NCBI GenBank assembly: GCA_022842185.1
Contig: JALHQB010000002.1
Coordinates: forward strand, 15,496 to 79,495
Reading direction: 5' to 3'
Origin: Acetobacteraceae bacterium
GTDB lineage: Bacteria; Pseudomonadota; Alphaproteobacteria; Acetobacterales; Acetobacteraceae
DNA length: 64,000 nucleotides
Shown here one piece after another: positions 51,513 through 62,689 of this stretch. The translations under genes and the position numbers were made by a program. Each line of letters opens with the position of its first letter. Within the stretch, counting starts at the first letter, position 1. The notes under the pieces were generated by a model that worked only from the letters and a program-made list of their open reading frames with translations, made no database searches and was not told the DNA's origin.

Positions 51513-51877
51513 TCCCAATCCAGGGCGCCCTTGCGCCATTCATAGACGAAGCCGACCGTCAGCACGAACAGGAAGCCCATCATCGACCCGAAGCCCAGCC
51601 AGCCGATGTCCCCCAGCGCGATCGCCCAGGGGAACAGGAAGGCCACTTCCAGGTCGAAGATGATGAACAGTATGGCGACCAGATAGAACCGCACGTCGAA
51701 TCGGTGCCGCGTGTCGTCGAAGGGCGCGAAGCCGCATTCGTAGGTGGATAGCTTTTCGGCATAGGGCTTCTGCCGCGCCGCGAGATAGGCGCCCCCCACC
51801 ATGGCGGCGGCGATACCGCCCGCGATCCCGAGGAAGACCAGGATCGGGAAATAATCGGCCAGCGCCAGCTGGGTCAT
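51509..51877 (-). CDS. nuoA: NADH-quinone oxidoreductase subunit A
   Basis: [19 protein letters not shown]. Confidence 0.95.
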   Translation of the reverse strand: MTQLALADYFPILVFLGIAGGIAAAMVGGAYLAARQKPYAEKLSTYECGFAPFDDTRHRFDVRFYLVAILFIIFDLEVAFLFPWAIALGDIGWLGFGSMMGFLFVLTVGFVYEWRKGALDWE

Positions 51878-52048
51878 GGCAACCTCAGGATATGCCGCCC
51901 TTTCGGGCATGAGTCGCGCCGCGCTTCGGTGTCATGCCGCAGCGCAGCGCGAGGCGACATTACCCCCGCTGCGCCGGCTTCGCCATAGGGTGGAAGGTAA
52001 TGAAATCAAGTGCGAACGGTTCGCAACTGGATGCCGACCCTCAAAACG

Positions 52049-52084
52049 AAAGCGGCGTCCAGGGTGACCCTGGACGCCGCTTTT
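52049..52084 (-). terminator. Rho-independent terminator after tRNA-Asp
   Basis: AAAGCGGCGTCCAGGG-TGA-CCCTGGACGCCGCTTT perfect 16-bp inverted repeat with A/T tails. Confidence 0.8.
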
Positions 52085-52096
52085 CGATGACTGTCG

Positions 52097-52173
<77 letters not shown>

Positions 52174-52193
52174 TTGGCCTCGACAGGAGGCGG

Positions 52194-52222
52194 GGGATAC
52201 GGGGTGAGGCAGGGTTAGTCAA
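52194..52222 (-). promoter_or_regulatory. Sigma70-like promoter of tRNA-Asp
   Basis: TTGACT-N17-TATCCC on -. Confidence 0.6.
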
Positions 52223-52361
52223 GCGGGTGGATGCCCGGATTTTCCCGCGCGGTTCAGATTGTTGGGGATGGTTCGTTCGTGGTGCAGGAAGGAGGGATCG
52301 CGCGTGGTCCTCTACCCCTGCGGGGGATTCTTTGCCGCCCCCTGCTCGGGCCGGGAAAGAA

Positions 52362-52434
52362 TGGGCGCTGACGGGCTCGAACCGCCGACATCCTGCGTGT
52401 AAAGCAGGCGCTCTACCAACTGAGCTAAGCGCCC
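52362..52434 (-). tRNA. tRNA-Val(TAC), CCA not encoded
   Basis: GGGCGCTTAGCTCAGTTGGTAGAGC-CCTGC-TTTACAC-GCAGG-...GGTTCGAGCCCGTCAGCGCCCA followed by TTC. Confidence 0.95.
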
Positions 52435-52499
52435 CCTGCCCGTCACCTAGCGCAACTCCGGCTGGGATGGCGAGAGGCCAGCGCCCTATCATCGGTCCG

Positions 52500-53189
52500 A
52501 TGCCGAACGATCCCGAGTCGATCCCCACCCCGGCGGCATTCCGCGCGCGACGAGAAGCGCTCGGCCAGTCCCCCGAGCAGGCGGCGCGCCGTACCGGCCT
52601 GACCACCGTGGCGCTGCTGCGATTCGAAGCCGGCGATGGCGGACTGACCGCGGAGCAGGTCGCGGCGGTAATTCGCGCGCTGGGCGATACCGGCACGACC
52701 GATGCGCCGCATGTGCGCCGTCCTTTGCTGGATTTCGGACTCTTTGGCACCGTGGTTTTCCTGCTGGGTGCAGCGATCCCGACCGTCATGGCCGCGGTGT
52801 CCGCCTTCGATGCGCTGCGCTTCATCGGATCGGAGCATGCCGTCGCCGAAGTCGTCGGCTTCGAACGCCGCGTCCGCATCGCCGAACCGCGGACCGGTCC
52901 GCGCTACGAATTCGAGACCGTCGCGCCGCTGCTGCGCTTCCACCAACCCGATGGCGGCGGGGAGGTCACGATCGCCTGGCACGTCGATAGACTGCCCCAT
53001 GAGGCCGATTTCGCGCTCGGCGACCGCGTGCCGCTGGTCTTCCCGCGCGGTGCGCCGGAACTGGCGGCGTTGTCCATCCGAGACGTCGTGCTCAAGCCGC
53101 TGGTCGGCGCGGTATTCGCCGCGCCATTGCTGGGCATCGGCCTGGTATCGCTGCGCCACCTGCGCCGCCGCAGGCATGCAGGCGCATAA
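52500..53189 (+). CDS. XRE-type HTH fused to TM / DUF3592-like membrane domain
   Basis: FRARREALGQSPEQAARRTGLTTVALLRFEAG (cro/C1-like HTH), TM1 FGLFGTVVFLLGAAIP, beta-rich region, TM2 LVGAVFAAPLLGIGLVSL; ATG 52500 chosen because longer starts overlap tRNA-Val. Confidence 0.7.
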   Translation: MPNDPESIPTPAAFRARREALGQSPEQAARRTGLTTVALLRFEAGDGGLTAEQVAAVIRALGDTGTTDAPHVRRPLLDFGLFGTVVFLLGAAIPTVMAAVSAFDALRFIGSEHAVAEVVGFERRVRIAEPRTGPRYEFETVAPLLRFHQPDGGGEVTIAWHVDRLPHEADFALGDRVPLVFPRGAPELAALSIRDVVLKPLVGAVFAAPLLGIGLVSLRHLRRRRHAGA

Positions 53190-53202
53190 GGTTGAAACAC
53201 GA

Positions 53203-53228
53203 AAGGCCGGCCCTGTGGGGCCGGCCTT
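53203..53228. terminator. Probably bidirectional terminator between the HTH gene and hup
   Basis: AAGGCCGGCCC / GGGCCGGCCTT inverted repeat between convergent stops. Confidence 0.65.
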
Positions 53229-53255
53229 CGTTGAACAGTGCCGAAATCGGCAAGG

Positions 53256-53531
53256 TCAGTTCACGGCGTCCTTGAGGCCCTTGCCGGCCTTGAAGCGAAC
53301 GGTCGTGCTGGCGGGGATCTTGATCTCCTCGCCGGTGCGCGGATTGCGGCCCTTGCCGGCCTTGCGCTTGGACGTCGAGAAGGTGCCGAAGCCCACGAGA
53401 CGGACCTCGCCATCCTTCTTCGACAGCGCCTGTTCGATCGCGGCGAAAACCGCGTCCACGACATCGCCGGACTTCGCCTTGGGCAGATCGGTTGCCTCGG
53501 CGACGGCGGTGATGAGGTCCTGCTTGTTCAC
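53256..53531 (-). CDS. hup: DNA-binding protein HU
   Basis: GTG start NKQDLI, VRLVGFGTF, GRNPRTGEEI, FKAGKGLK. Confidence 0.96.
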   Translation of the reverse strand: MNKQDLITAVAEATDLPKAKSGDVVDAVFAAIEQALSKKDGEVRLVGFGTFSTSKRKAGKGRNPRTGEEIKIPASTTVRFKAGKGLKDAVN

Positions 53532-53593
53532 TGGGTATCCCCTCCGAAATTGCGGATGACAGATCGGCGATTCGGCCAACCCGGTCGGCGCGG

Positions 53594-53623
53594 AGACTAG
53601 GAGCCAGGGTTTCACACCGTCAA
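53594..53623 (-). promoter_or_regulatory. Sigma70-like promoter of hup
   Basis: TTGACG-N18-TAGTCT on -. Confidence 0.5.
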
Positions 53624-53712
53624 CGACAGACCATGCGATTCGCGGCGGAAAACCGCCATTTGCGGCGCATCATGCGGCAGGAATGCAACGCTGGCCTCGA
53701 CTTTTCGTGACA

Positions 53713-53743
53713 AACCCCGGCGAAGCCATGCTTCGCCGGGGTT
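53713..53743 (-). terminator. Terminator after lon
   Basis: AACCCCGGCGAAGC / GCTTCGCCGGGGTT 14-bp inverted repeat, short T-run on -. Confidence 0.65.
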
Positions 53744-53771
53744 CCAGGCCGCCCCGCCATGCGCGAATCGG

Positions 53772-56177
53772 TTAGTGCGGCAGTACTGTCCCGGTCACGC
53801 CGCCTTCACCTGCGCGCGGCGCCGGGGTCTCCTCCGGCTCGACCCAGGTGATCGCCTCGGGCTTTTTCACCAGGGCACGGCCGATCACTTCATCGACGTG
53901 GGACACCGCGATGATCTCGAGGTTCTTCTTCACGTTGTCGGGGATCTCGGCGATGTCCTTCTCGTTCTCCTTCGGGATGAACACCGTCTTGATACCGGCG
54001 CGCAGTGCCGCCAGCAGCTTCTCCTTCAATCCGCCGATCGGCAGCACGCGGCCGCGCAGCGTGATCTCACCGGTCATGGCGATATCGCGCCGCACCGGGA
54101 TGCCGGTCAGCACCGACACCATCGACGTCGCCATGGCGACGCCCGCGGACGGACCATCCTTGGGCGTGGCCCCTTCGGGCACATGCACATGGATGTCGCG
54201 CTTTTCGAACATCGTCGGCTTCAGGCCGAAGGTGGTCGAGCGGCTACGGACATAGGACATCGCCGCCGAGACGGATTCCTGCATCACGTCGCCGAGCTTG
54301 CCGGTGGTCTTCACATTCCCCTTGCCGGGCAGCATGACAGACTCGATGGTGAGGATCTCGCCACCCACCTCGGTCCAGGCCAGGCCGGTGACCACACCGA
54401 CCATGTCCTCGGCCTCAGCCTCGCCGTAGCGGAACTTTCGCACGCCGGCGAATTTGTCGAGGTTCTTGTGGGTGATCGCGACCTTCTTGGCCTGCTTGGA
54501 GACGATCTCCTTCACCGCCTTGCGCGCCAGCCCCGCGATCTCGCGCTCCAAGGACCGAACACCGGCCTCACGCGTGTAGTAGCGGATCAGGTCACGCAGC
54601 GCGGCATCGGTCACCGACCATTCACCGTCCTTGAGGCCATTTGCCTCGCTCACCTTCTTCATCAGGTGGCGCTTGGCGATCTCGACCTTCTCATCCTCGG
54701 TGTAGCCGGGGATGCGGATGATCTCCATGCGGTCCAGCAACGGCTGCGGCATGCGCAGGCTGTTGGCCGTGGTGACGAACATCACGTCGGACAGGTCGTA
54801 ATCCACTTCCAGATAGTGGTCGGCGAAGGTGGAGTTCTGCTCCGGATCCAACACCTCCAGCAGCGCGGAGGACGGGTCCCCGCGCCAATCGGCGCCGAGC
54901 TTGTCGATCTCATCGAGCAGGAACAGCGGGTTGGAGGTCTTCGCCTTCTTCATGCCCTGGATCACTTTCCCAGGCATGGACCCGATATAGGTCCGGCGAT
55001 GGCCGCGCACCTCGGCCTCATCCCGCACGCCGCCCAGCGACATGCGCACGAAGTTGCGCCCCGTCGCCTTGGCGATAGATTTGCCGAGCGAGGTCTTGCC
55101 CACGCCAGGCGGGCCCACCAGGCACAGGATCGGCCCCTTGATCTTCGGCGAGCGCGACTGCACCGCCAGATACTCGATGATCCGTTCCTTGACCTTCTCC
55201 AGGCCGAAATGGTCACCGTCGAGCACCTTCTCGGCCTCGATGATGTCGTTGCGGACCTTCGAGCGCTTCTTCCACGGGATGGTCAGCATCCAGTCGAGGT
55301 AGTTGCGCACCACCGTCGCCTCGGCGGACATCGGCGACATGGACCGGAGCTTCTTGAGCTCCTGCATCGCCTTCTCGCGCGCTTCCTTGCTGAACTTGGT
55401 GGCCTTGATCTTGGCCTCCAGCTCGGCGGCCTCGTCCTTGCCGTCCTCGCCCTCGCCCAGCTCCTTCTGGATCGCCTTGAGCTGCTCGTTCAGATAGTAC
55501 TCGCGCTGCGTCTTCTCCATCTGCCGCTTCACGCGGTTGCGGATGCGCTTTTCCACCTGCAGCACGCCGATCTCGCCCTCCATATGGGCAAAGACGCGCT
55601 CCAGCCGCGCCGTGACGGACGGCGTCTCCAGCAATTCCTGCTTCTCGGGGATCTTCAGCCCCAGATGGGACGCGACCGTATCAGCAAGCTTGGCGGGTTC
55701 CTCGATCTGGTTGACCGAAACCAGCACCTCGGGCGCGATCTTCTTGTTCAGCTTGATGTACTGCTCGAACTGGGAGACCACGGTGCGCGCCAGGGCTTCC
55801 GCCTCGCGCGGCTCGGTGGTGGTCTCCTCGACCGGCTCGGCAAAGGCGGAGAAATAGTGCGCGGTCTCCTTGAACGCCGCGATCTTGGCGCGGCGCGCGC
55901 CCTCGACCAGCACCTTCACCGTGCCGTCCGGCAGCTTCAGCAGTTGCAGGACCGTCGATACGGTGCCGACCTGATACAGGTCGTCCGCCCCGGGATCGTC
56001 CTGGGCCGCGTTCTTCTGCGCGACAAGCAGGATCTGCTTGTCTTCCTTCATCACCGCTTCCAACGCGCGGACGGATTTCTCACGGCCGACGAACAGCGGG
56101 ACAATCATGTGCGGGAACACCACGATGTCCCGCAGGGGGAGCACCGGTAGCAATTCGCCGCGGATGGTATCCGTCAT
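53772..56177 (-). CDS. lon: ATP-dependent protease Lon
   Basis: [32 protein letters not shown]. Confidence 0.98.
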   Translation of the reverse strand: MTDTIRGELLPVLPLRDIVVFPHMIVPLFVGREKSVRALEAVMKEDKQILLVAQKNAAQDDPGADDLYQVGTVSTVLQLLKLPDGTVKVLVEGARRAKIAAFKETAHYFSAFAEPVEETTTEPREAEALARTVVSQFEQYIKLNKKIAPEVLVSVNQIEEPAKLADTVASHLGLKIPEKQELLETPSVTARLERVFAHMEGEIGVLQVEKRIRNRVKRQMEKTQREYYLNEQLKAIQKELGEGEDGKDEAAELEAKIKATKFSKEAREKAMQELKKLRSMSPMSAEATVVRNYLDWMLTIPWKKRSKVRNDIIEAEKVLDGDHFGLEKVKERIIEYLAVQSRSPKIKGPILCLVGPPGVGKTSLGKSIAKATGRNFVRMSLGGVRDEAEVRGHRRTYIGSMPGKVIQGMKKAKTSNPLFLLDEIDKLGADWRGDPSSALLEVLDPEQNSTFADHYLEVDYDLSDVMFVTTANSLRMPQPLLDRMEIIRIPGYTEDEKVEIAKRHLMKKVSEANGLKDGEWSVTDAALRDLIRYYTREAGVRSLEREIAGLARKAVKEIVSKQAKKVAITHKNLDKFAGVRKFRYGEAEAEDMVGVVTGLAWTEVGGEILTIESVMLPGKGNVKTTGKLGDVMQESVSAAMSYVRSRSTTFGLKPTMFEKRDIHVHVPEGATPKDGPSAGVAMATSMVSVLTGIPVRRDIAMTGEITLRGRVLPIGGLKEKLLAALRAGIKTVFIPKENEKDIAEIPDNVKKNLEIIAVSHVDEVIGRALVKKPEAITWVEPEETPAPRAGEGGVTGTVLPH

Positions 56178-56251
56178 GTGACCTCACAATGGACAGTCGG
56201 CGCCCGGCCCGCCCGAAAGCGGCACGGGTGGGGCGCCACGGTTAAACCGGG

Positions 56252-56280
56252 ATGTGGGTCCCGGTCGGCGCCCGCTCAAG
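56252..56280 (-). promoter_or_regulatory. RpoH (sigma32)-like promoter of lon
   Basis: CTTGAG-N16-CCCACAT on -. Confidence 0.5.
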
Positions 56281-56319
56281 ATCTTGACAGGACGTCCGTT
56301 TGAGAACGCCCTGCACGAA

Positions 56320-57576
<1,257 letters not shown>

Positions 57577-57676
57577 GCGGTCTCCGTGTTCCCCGCACGT
57601 ACGGGGAACTGCAACAGGAATGTAGCCCCCGGGCGGCCGGGGGGAAAGCGAAACACAGCCCGGGCGGCCCGGGGCC

Positions 57677-58324
57677 TCACGCCTTGGTGGTTTCGCTGGC
57701 CGGAACCGGGCGTTCCTCGACCACATGATCGATCAGGCCGAAGTCGCGCGCTTCCTCGGCCGACATGTAGCTGTCGCGCTCCAACTTGCGCTCGATGGCC
57801 TCGATCGGCTGGCCGGTGTGCTTCACATAGATCTCGTTCAGCCGCTGCCGCAGCTTCAGGATCTCGCGCGCCTGGATCTCGATGTCGGTCGCCTGGCCCT
57901 GCGCGCCGCCCGAGGGCTGATGCACCATGATCCGGCTGTTCGGCAGGCCATATCGCTTGCCCGCTGCACCGGCGGTCAACAGCAGCGACCCCATCGACGC
58001 CGCCTGCCCGATGCAGACGGTGCTGACCGGGGCGCGGATGTACTGCATGGTGTCGTACATCGCGAGACCGGCAGAAACCACGCCGCCCGGAGAATTGATA
58101 TAGAACGCGATGTCCTTGGTCGGGTTCTCGCTTTCCAGGAACAGCAGCTGCGCGCAGATCAACGAAGAAACCTGGTCGAAGACCGGCCCCGTCAGGAAGA
58201 TGATGCGTTCCTTCAACAGGCGCGAATAGATGTCGAAGGCGCGTTCACCCCGCGCGGTCTGTTCGATGACCATGGGCACGAGGGTGTTGTTGTAGACTTC
58301 GACCGGGTCGCGATCCCTGATCAT
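57677..58324 (-). CDS. clpP: Clp protease proteolytic subunit
   Basis: DIYSRLL, INSPGG, ASMGS, MVHQP; AAAGGA RBS. Confidence 0.98.
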   Translation of the reverse strand: MIRDRDPVEVYNNTLVPMVIEQTARGERAFDIYSRLLKERIIFLTGPVFDQVSSLICAQLLFLESENPTKDIAFYINSPGGVVSAGLAMYDTMQYIRAPVSTVCIGQAASMGSLLLTAGAAGKRYGLPNSRIMVHQPSGGAQGQATDIEIQAREILKLRQRLNEIYVKHTGQPIEAIERKLERDSYMSAEEARDFGLIDHVVEERPVPASETTKA

Positions 58325-58378
58325 CGTAATGTCCTTTCGTCCCGGCAGCGCCGAATCAGCCCACCGTCTTCGAGGCGA

Positions 58379-58407
58379 ATGTGGGGCATACCCTGCCCTG
58401 GTGAAAG
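58379..58407 (-). promoter_or_regulatory. RpoH-like promoter of clpP
   Basis: CTTTCA-N16-CCCACAT on -; same -10 element and spacing as the lon promoter. Confidence 0.45.
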
Positions 58408-58439
58408 CCCCGCCTGTTTCATGCAACGGTCAGATGGGG

Positions 58440-59228
58440 TCAGACGGTCAGTACCATGCCGTCATGTCCGGGTTCGACCCCGGGCGGCAGGTTGGCGGCC
58501 AGCCAGCTATGGTCCAGGTCGGGGCCCATATGGGTCAAGACCGTGCGGCGCGGCCGCAATATATCGACCCATTCCAGAACCTGTTCCAGATTTGCGTGGA
58601 CCTTGTGGGGGCGCCGCTGGAAGCATCCCACCACCCAGGTGTCCAGCCCGTGAAGATGGGCCATGCTGTCGTCAGGCAGGCGAACCAGGTCGGTGGAATA
58701 GGCGAAGCGCCCGATCCGCAGCCCCAGCGTCTCCATCACGGCGTGGTCCTGGCTGAAGGTCTGCACCTGATGGCCGGCGATCGCGACGCTGTCGCCGGCC
58801 TTCAGTCGAACCGGCTCGACCGCCGGGCGGAAGAAGATCGGGCCGGTCGAAGGCAGGAAGGCGTAATCGAACCGCTGCTTCAGGATGGCCAGGGTGCGTT
58901 CGGTACCAAAGGCTTCGATCGGCCTGCCGATGATCCGGTTGAGCAACCGGATCTCATCGAGGCCCATGACATGATCGGCATGATCATGGGTGAACAGCAC
59001 TGCATCGATCCCCGCCACGCGACAGGTCAGGAACTGCGTCCGCAGATCCGGCCCGGTATCGACCAACAGCCGCCCGCCCCCGGCGCCTTCGACCAGGATC
59101 GAGGATCGGGTACGCTGGTTCAGCGGATTGGCCGGGTCGCAGACACCCCACCACCCCTCGCCGTCATCGCCGCCGATCTGGGGCACGCCACCGGACGCGC
59201 CGCACCCTAAAAGAGTCACTTTCAACAA
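58440..59228 (-). CDS. Metallo-beta-lactamase fold hydrolase (PhnP-like)
   Basis: LGCGASGG, DTGPD, THDHADH, LTHM. Confidence 0.88.
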   Translation of the reverse strand: MLKVTLLGCGASGGVPQIGGDDGEGWWGVCDPANPLNQRTRSSILVEGAGGGRLLVDTGPDLRTQFLTCRVAGIDAVLFTHDHADHVMGLDEIRLLNRIIGRPIEAFGTERTLAILKQRFDYAFLPSTGPIFFRPAVEPVRLKAGDSVAIAGHQVQTFSQDHAVMETLGLRIGRFAYSTDLVRLPDDSMAHLHGLDTWVVGCFQRRPHKVHANLEQVLEWVDILRPRRTVLTHMGPDLDHSWLAANLPPGVEPGHDGMVLTV

Positions 59229-59232
59229 TCGT

Positions 59233-60006
59233 TTACGCCATCTTCTTGAACAGCCGACGGAAATTCGTGCTGGTCAGATCCGCGAGCGCCGCCATCTCCA
59301 ACCCGCGCATTCCCGCCAGGACCTTGGCGGTATGGGCGACCATCCCCGGTTCGCAGCGCTTGCCGCGAAACGGCACCGGGGCGAGATAGGGCGCGTCCGT
59401 CTCAACCAACAGGCGATCGGCAGGCAAGTCCCGGGCCACATCGCGGATATCCTGGCTCTTGGGAAAGGTCAGGATGCCGGAGAACGACACATACCCGCCC
59501 ATTTCGACAGATTTTTCAGCCAGTTCCCGACCGCTGCTGAAGCAATGCAGCAGGAAGTCGAACGAGCCGCCGGCGTCACGCTCCTCCCGCAGGATGGCCA
59601 GGATGTCGTCATCCGCCTGGCGCGCATGGATTGCCAGAGGCAGCCCTGCGAGCCGTGCCGCACGAATGTGCCGGCGGAAATTCTCCGCCTGCGCCTCGCG
59701 CGGTGCCTTGTCGTAGAAGTAATCCAGGCCGCTTTCGCCGATGCCGATGATGCGCGGATGGTCGGCCTCGGCGGCGATCTCCTCCGGCGTCGGCAATGGC
59801 CCTTCCCCGGCATTGTGCGGATGGATGCCGACGGTGCCCCAGACCTCGGGGAAGCGTTCGGTGAGCGCCTTCACCGCGGCCGCCTGGGACATCCGCACGC
59901 CGATCGTCACCAGCCGCTCCACCCCGGCATCGCGCGCGCGCGCGACGACCTGTTCGATCTCCTCCTCGGTGTAGTAATCGAGGTGGCAATGGCTATCGAT
60001 CAACAT
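59233..60006 (-). CDS. tatD: TatD family nuclease
   Basis: DSHCHLD, GIHPH, IGESGLD, IHAR, LHCF, ETDAP. Confidence 0.92.
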   Translation of the reverse strand: MLIDSHCHLDYYTEEEIEQVVARARDAGVERLVTIGVRMSQAAAVKALTERFPEVWGTVGIHPHNAGEGPLPTPEEIAAEADHPRIIGIGESGLDYFYDKAPREAQAENFRRHIRAARLAGLPLAIHARQADDDILAILREERDAGGSFDFLLHCFSSGRELAEKSVEMGGYVSFSGILTFPKSQDIRDVARDLPADRLLVETDAPYLAPVPFRGKRCEPGMVAHTAKVLAGMRGLEMAALADLTSTNFRRLFKKMA

Positions 60007-60008
60007 GG

Positions 60009-61583
60009 TCAGGCCGCCGGGATTTCGATCTTGCGGAACAGTGGGGCGGGCGGCGGCAGGGCGATCCCGGCGGCCAGCGGCGCATCCAGCGCGGCGATGT
60101 CGCGCGCATCGGCCGGCACGCCGAGCTGGTCCAGCATCCTGCCCGCCGTCGCCGGCATGAAGGGCTGCAACACCGTCGCGTAGCAGCGCAGCGCCGTGTG
60201 CAAGTGGCGCAACACCGCCGCCATCCGCGGCAGGTCGGTCTTCTTCAGCGCCCAGGGCGCTTCGACCGTGATGTAGCCATTGGCATCGCGCACCGATGCC
60301 ATGATCACTTCCAACGCCAGATGGAATTCCTGGCGGTCGAGCCGTTCGCGCACCTGCCCCGGCAGCGCCATGACCGCATCGAGGAACGCACCGCCGACCG
60401 ACGGGTCGCCGGCTTCGGGCAGCACCCCGTCGCAATTCCGCTGGATCAGCGACAGCGTCCGGTTCGCCAGATTCCCCAGCGCATCCGCCAATTCACCATT
60501 CAGCCGGTGCGCCAACGACTTGCGTGAGAAATCGCCATCCTGCCCGAAGGGCACTTCCCGCAGCAGGAAGTACCGCACCGGGTCCAGCCCGTATTCCTCC
60601 ACCAGCGAAACCGGATCGATCACATTGCCCAGCGACTTGCTGATCTTCTGGCCTTCATTGGTCCACCAGCCATGGGCGAAGACGCGCCGCGGCACCGCCA
60701 GCCCCGCCGCAAGCAGCATCGCCGGCCAATAGATCGTGTGGAAGCGCACGATGTCCTTGCCGACGAAATGCACATCCGCCGGCCAGAACCGCCAGCGTTC
60801 CGCGTTCGTGTCCGGATATCCCGCCGCGGTGATGTAGTTGGTCAGCGCATCGACCCAGACATACATCACATGCGTCTCATCCCCCGGCACCTTCACGCCC
60901 CAGGTGAAGGATGTCCGAGAGACAGAAAGATCCAGTTTTGCAGACCCTTCGCCGAATTCCTTCAGACCCTGCGCGACGAAGGCCCGCACCTCGTTGCGGC
61001 GGGATTCTGGCTGGATATCGATCCGATCCGGGTGGCCTTCAGGCAGGTCGTAGCGCCGCAGCAGTTCCGGCAGCCACTTCGACAGGCGGAAGAAGTACGA
61101 AGGCTCCCTCACCCACTCCACCGGCGCACCGGACGGCGCGTACTTCACACCGTCGCGTTCCGTCAGCTCGTCGGGGCCATAGAATGCTTCATCCCGAACG
61201 GCGTACCAGCCTTCGTAATCGCCGAGGTAGATCTCGCCGCGTTCCGCCAGCACCTTCCACAAGGCAACGCAGGCCTCCTTGTGCCGCGGTTCGGTGGTGC
61301 GGATAAAATCATCGTTGGAAAAGCCCATCGTGCCCGTCAGGTCGCGGAAGGCCTGGCTGACGCGGTCGGTGAAAGCCTGGGGGTCCTCCCCCGCATCCTT
61401 GGCCGCCTTCTCCACCTTCTGGCCATGCTCATCGGTGCCGGTCAGGAAGAACACCTCATGCCCGTCCAGCCGCTTGAAGCGCGCCAGGACATCGGTCGCG
61501 AGCGACGTATAGGCGTGGCCGATATGGGGCTTGTCGTTGACGTAGTAGATCGGCGTGGTCAGGTAGATGCTTGGCTTTGCCAT
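60009..61583 (-). CDS. metG: Methionyl-tRNA synthetase (short form)
   Basis: PHIGHAY (HIGH), GTDEHG, YVWVDAL, KISKSLGN (KMSKS). Confidence 0.96.
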   Translation of the reverse strand: MAKPSIYLTTPIYYVNDKPHIGHAYTSLATDVLARFKRLDGHEVFFLTGTDEHGQKVEKAAKDAGEDPQAFTDRVSQAFRDLTGTMGFSNDDFIRTTEPRHKEACVALWKVLAERGEIYLGDYEGWYAVRDEAFYGPDELTERDGVKYAPSGAPVEWVREPSYFFRLSKWLPELLRRYDLPEGHPDRIDIQPESRRNEVRAFVAQGLKEFGEGSAKLDLSVSRTSFTWGVKVPGDETHVMYVWVDALTNYITAAGYPDTNAERWRFWPADVHFVGKDIVRFHTIYWPAMLLAAGLAVPRRVFAHGWWTNEGQKISKSLGNVIDPVSLVEEYGLDPVRYFLLREVPFGQDGDFSRKSLAHRLNGELADALGNLANRTLSLIQRNCDGVLPEAGDPSVGGAFLDAVMALPGQVRERLDRQEFHLALEVIMASVRDANGYITVEAPWALKKTDLPRMAAVLRHLHTALRCYATVLQPFMPATAGRMLDQLGVPADARDIAALDAPLAAGIALPPPAPLFRKIEIPAA

Positions 61584-61668
61584 GGAAATCCGGTCCGGAG
61601 CCTCGATCGCGCAGCCCGGGTCATGCGGCGAAGGCGCCGGCACCGGTCCACGCTCCGCGTCGCTCCGT

Positions 61669-62670
61669 TCAGGGGCGCGCGAGCCAGGAAAGACCCGTGA
61701 GCACGGCCTGCTTGCGGTCGAGATTCAACCGCTCGGTATCGTCCGCGAGAGTGCCGAGCCTATCCCACAGCCCCGCCCAGACGGCAAGCGGATGGCGCCC
61801 CATCCACGCCGGCGCCGCATGCCCGCGCGCCGCGTCACGCAGCGCCGCCGCAATGGCCGCGCGCAGCAGCCCGAAGAACAGGCCGAAGGCCCCGCCCGTC
61901 CGATCCGCCGCCAGCTTGTCCGCCACCGCGAAGTCGCGCGCCTCGCCGGTTCTGGCCAGTGCGGCCAGGCTCGATTCCACCGCATCCTGTAGCGCCAGCC
62001 CGCCCGCTTCCATCAGCGCCACCGCCCGCCCCGGCGACCCCGCCGCCAGTGCCGCCACCCGGGCGCGATCGGCCGCCGACACATCCGGCAGCAGCCGCGC
62101 CAGCAGCGTTGCCATCTCCGCATCGGATAACGGGTTCAGATCAAGCCGCCGGCAGCGGCTGCGTATCGTGGGCAACAGCTTCTGCGGCGCCGAGCAGGCC
62201 AGCAGCAGCACGGTCCGCGGTGGCGGTTCCTCCAGCGTCTTCAACAGCGTGTTCTGCACCAGCGCCTGGTCGGCGCGTTCCGCCTCATCCATCACCACCA
62301 CGCGCCAGCCGCCCTCGGCGGCGGTCTGCGTCAGGAACCGAACGGCATCGCGCGCGTCATCGACGCGCAGCACGCGCTTGACGCCCTTGTCTCCGGTGTT
62401 GGGTTCCAGCGTGAAGCAATCGGCATGGGTGTCGGCGGCGACGCGGCGGAACACCGCGCTGGTGGGATCGACCTGCAGGGGCGGCGTGGTCGCCGGCATT
62501 CCCGCCAGCAGCCAGCGGGCGAAGCGCCAGGCGAGCGTCGCCTTTCCGATCCCCGGCGCGCCGCAGATCAGCCAGGCATGATGCAGGCGGCCGGACCGGG
62601 CGGCGGCTTCCAGGGTGCGGGCGGCGTCGTCGTGGCCAATGAGGTCGGGGGTGGCGCGGGGTTCGGTCAT
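61669..62670 (-). CDS. holB: DNA polymerase III delta-prime subunit
   Basis: HHAWL, GIGKAT, LLKTLEEPP, LLPTIRSRC. Confidence 0.92.
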   Translation of the reverse strand: MTEPRATPDLIGHDDAARTLEAAARSGRLHHAWLICGAPGIGKATLAWRFARWLLAGMPATTPPLQVDPTSAVFRRVAADTHADCFTLEPNTGDKGVKRVLRVDDARDAVRFLTQTAAEGGWRVVVMDEAERADQALVQNTLLKTLEEPPPRTVLLLACSAPQKLLPTIRSRCRRLDLNPLSDAEMATLLARLLPDVSAADRARVAALAAGSPGRAVALMEAGGLALQDAVESSLAALARTGEARDFAVADKLAADRTGGAFGLFFGLLRAAIAAALRDAARGHAAPAWMGRHPLAVWAGLWDRLGTLADDTERLNLDRKQAVLTGLSWLARP

Positions 62671-62689
62671 CGGGGGGCGCGCGCGGAGA

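Noticed and set aside
52227-52499. Longer start for the HTH-membrane ORF
   Set aside because: It would run through the tRNA-Val gene on the opposite strand.
53775-56150. 791-aa + strand ORF antisense to lon, and similar long antisense ORFs over ntrC, ntrX, hflX, nuoL, nuoG and clpX
   Set aside because: Shadow frames typical of high-GC coding DNA; no motifs, and they mirror well-supported genes.
57628-57676. Repeated CCCGGGCGGCC between clpP and clpX
   Set aside because: Only two short copies in very GC-rich DNA; at most a weak hairpin.
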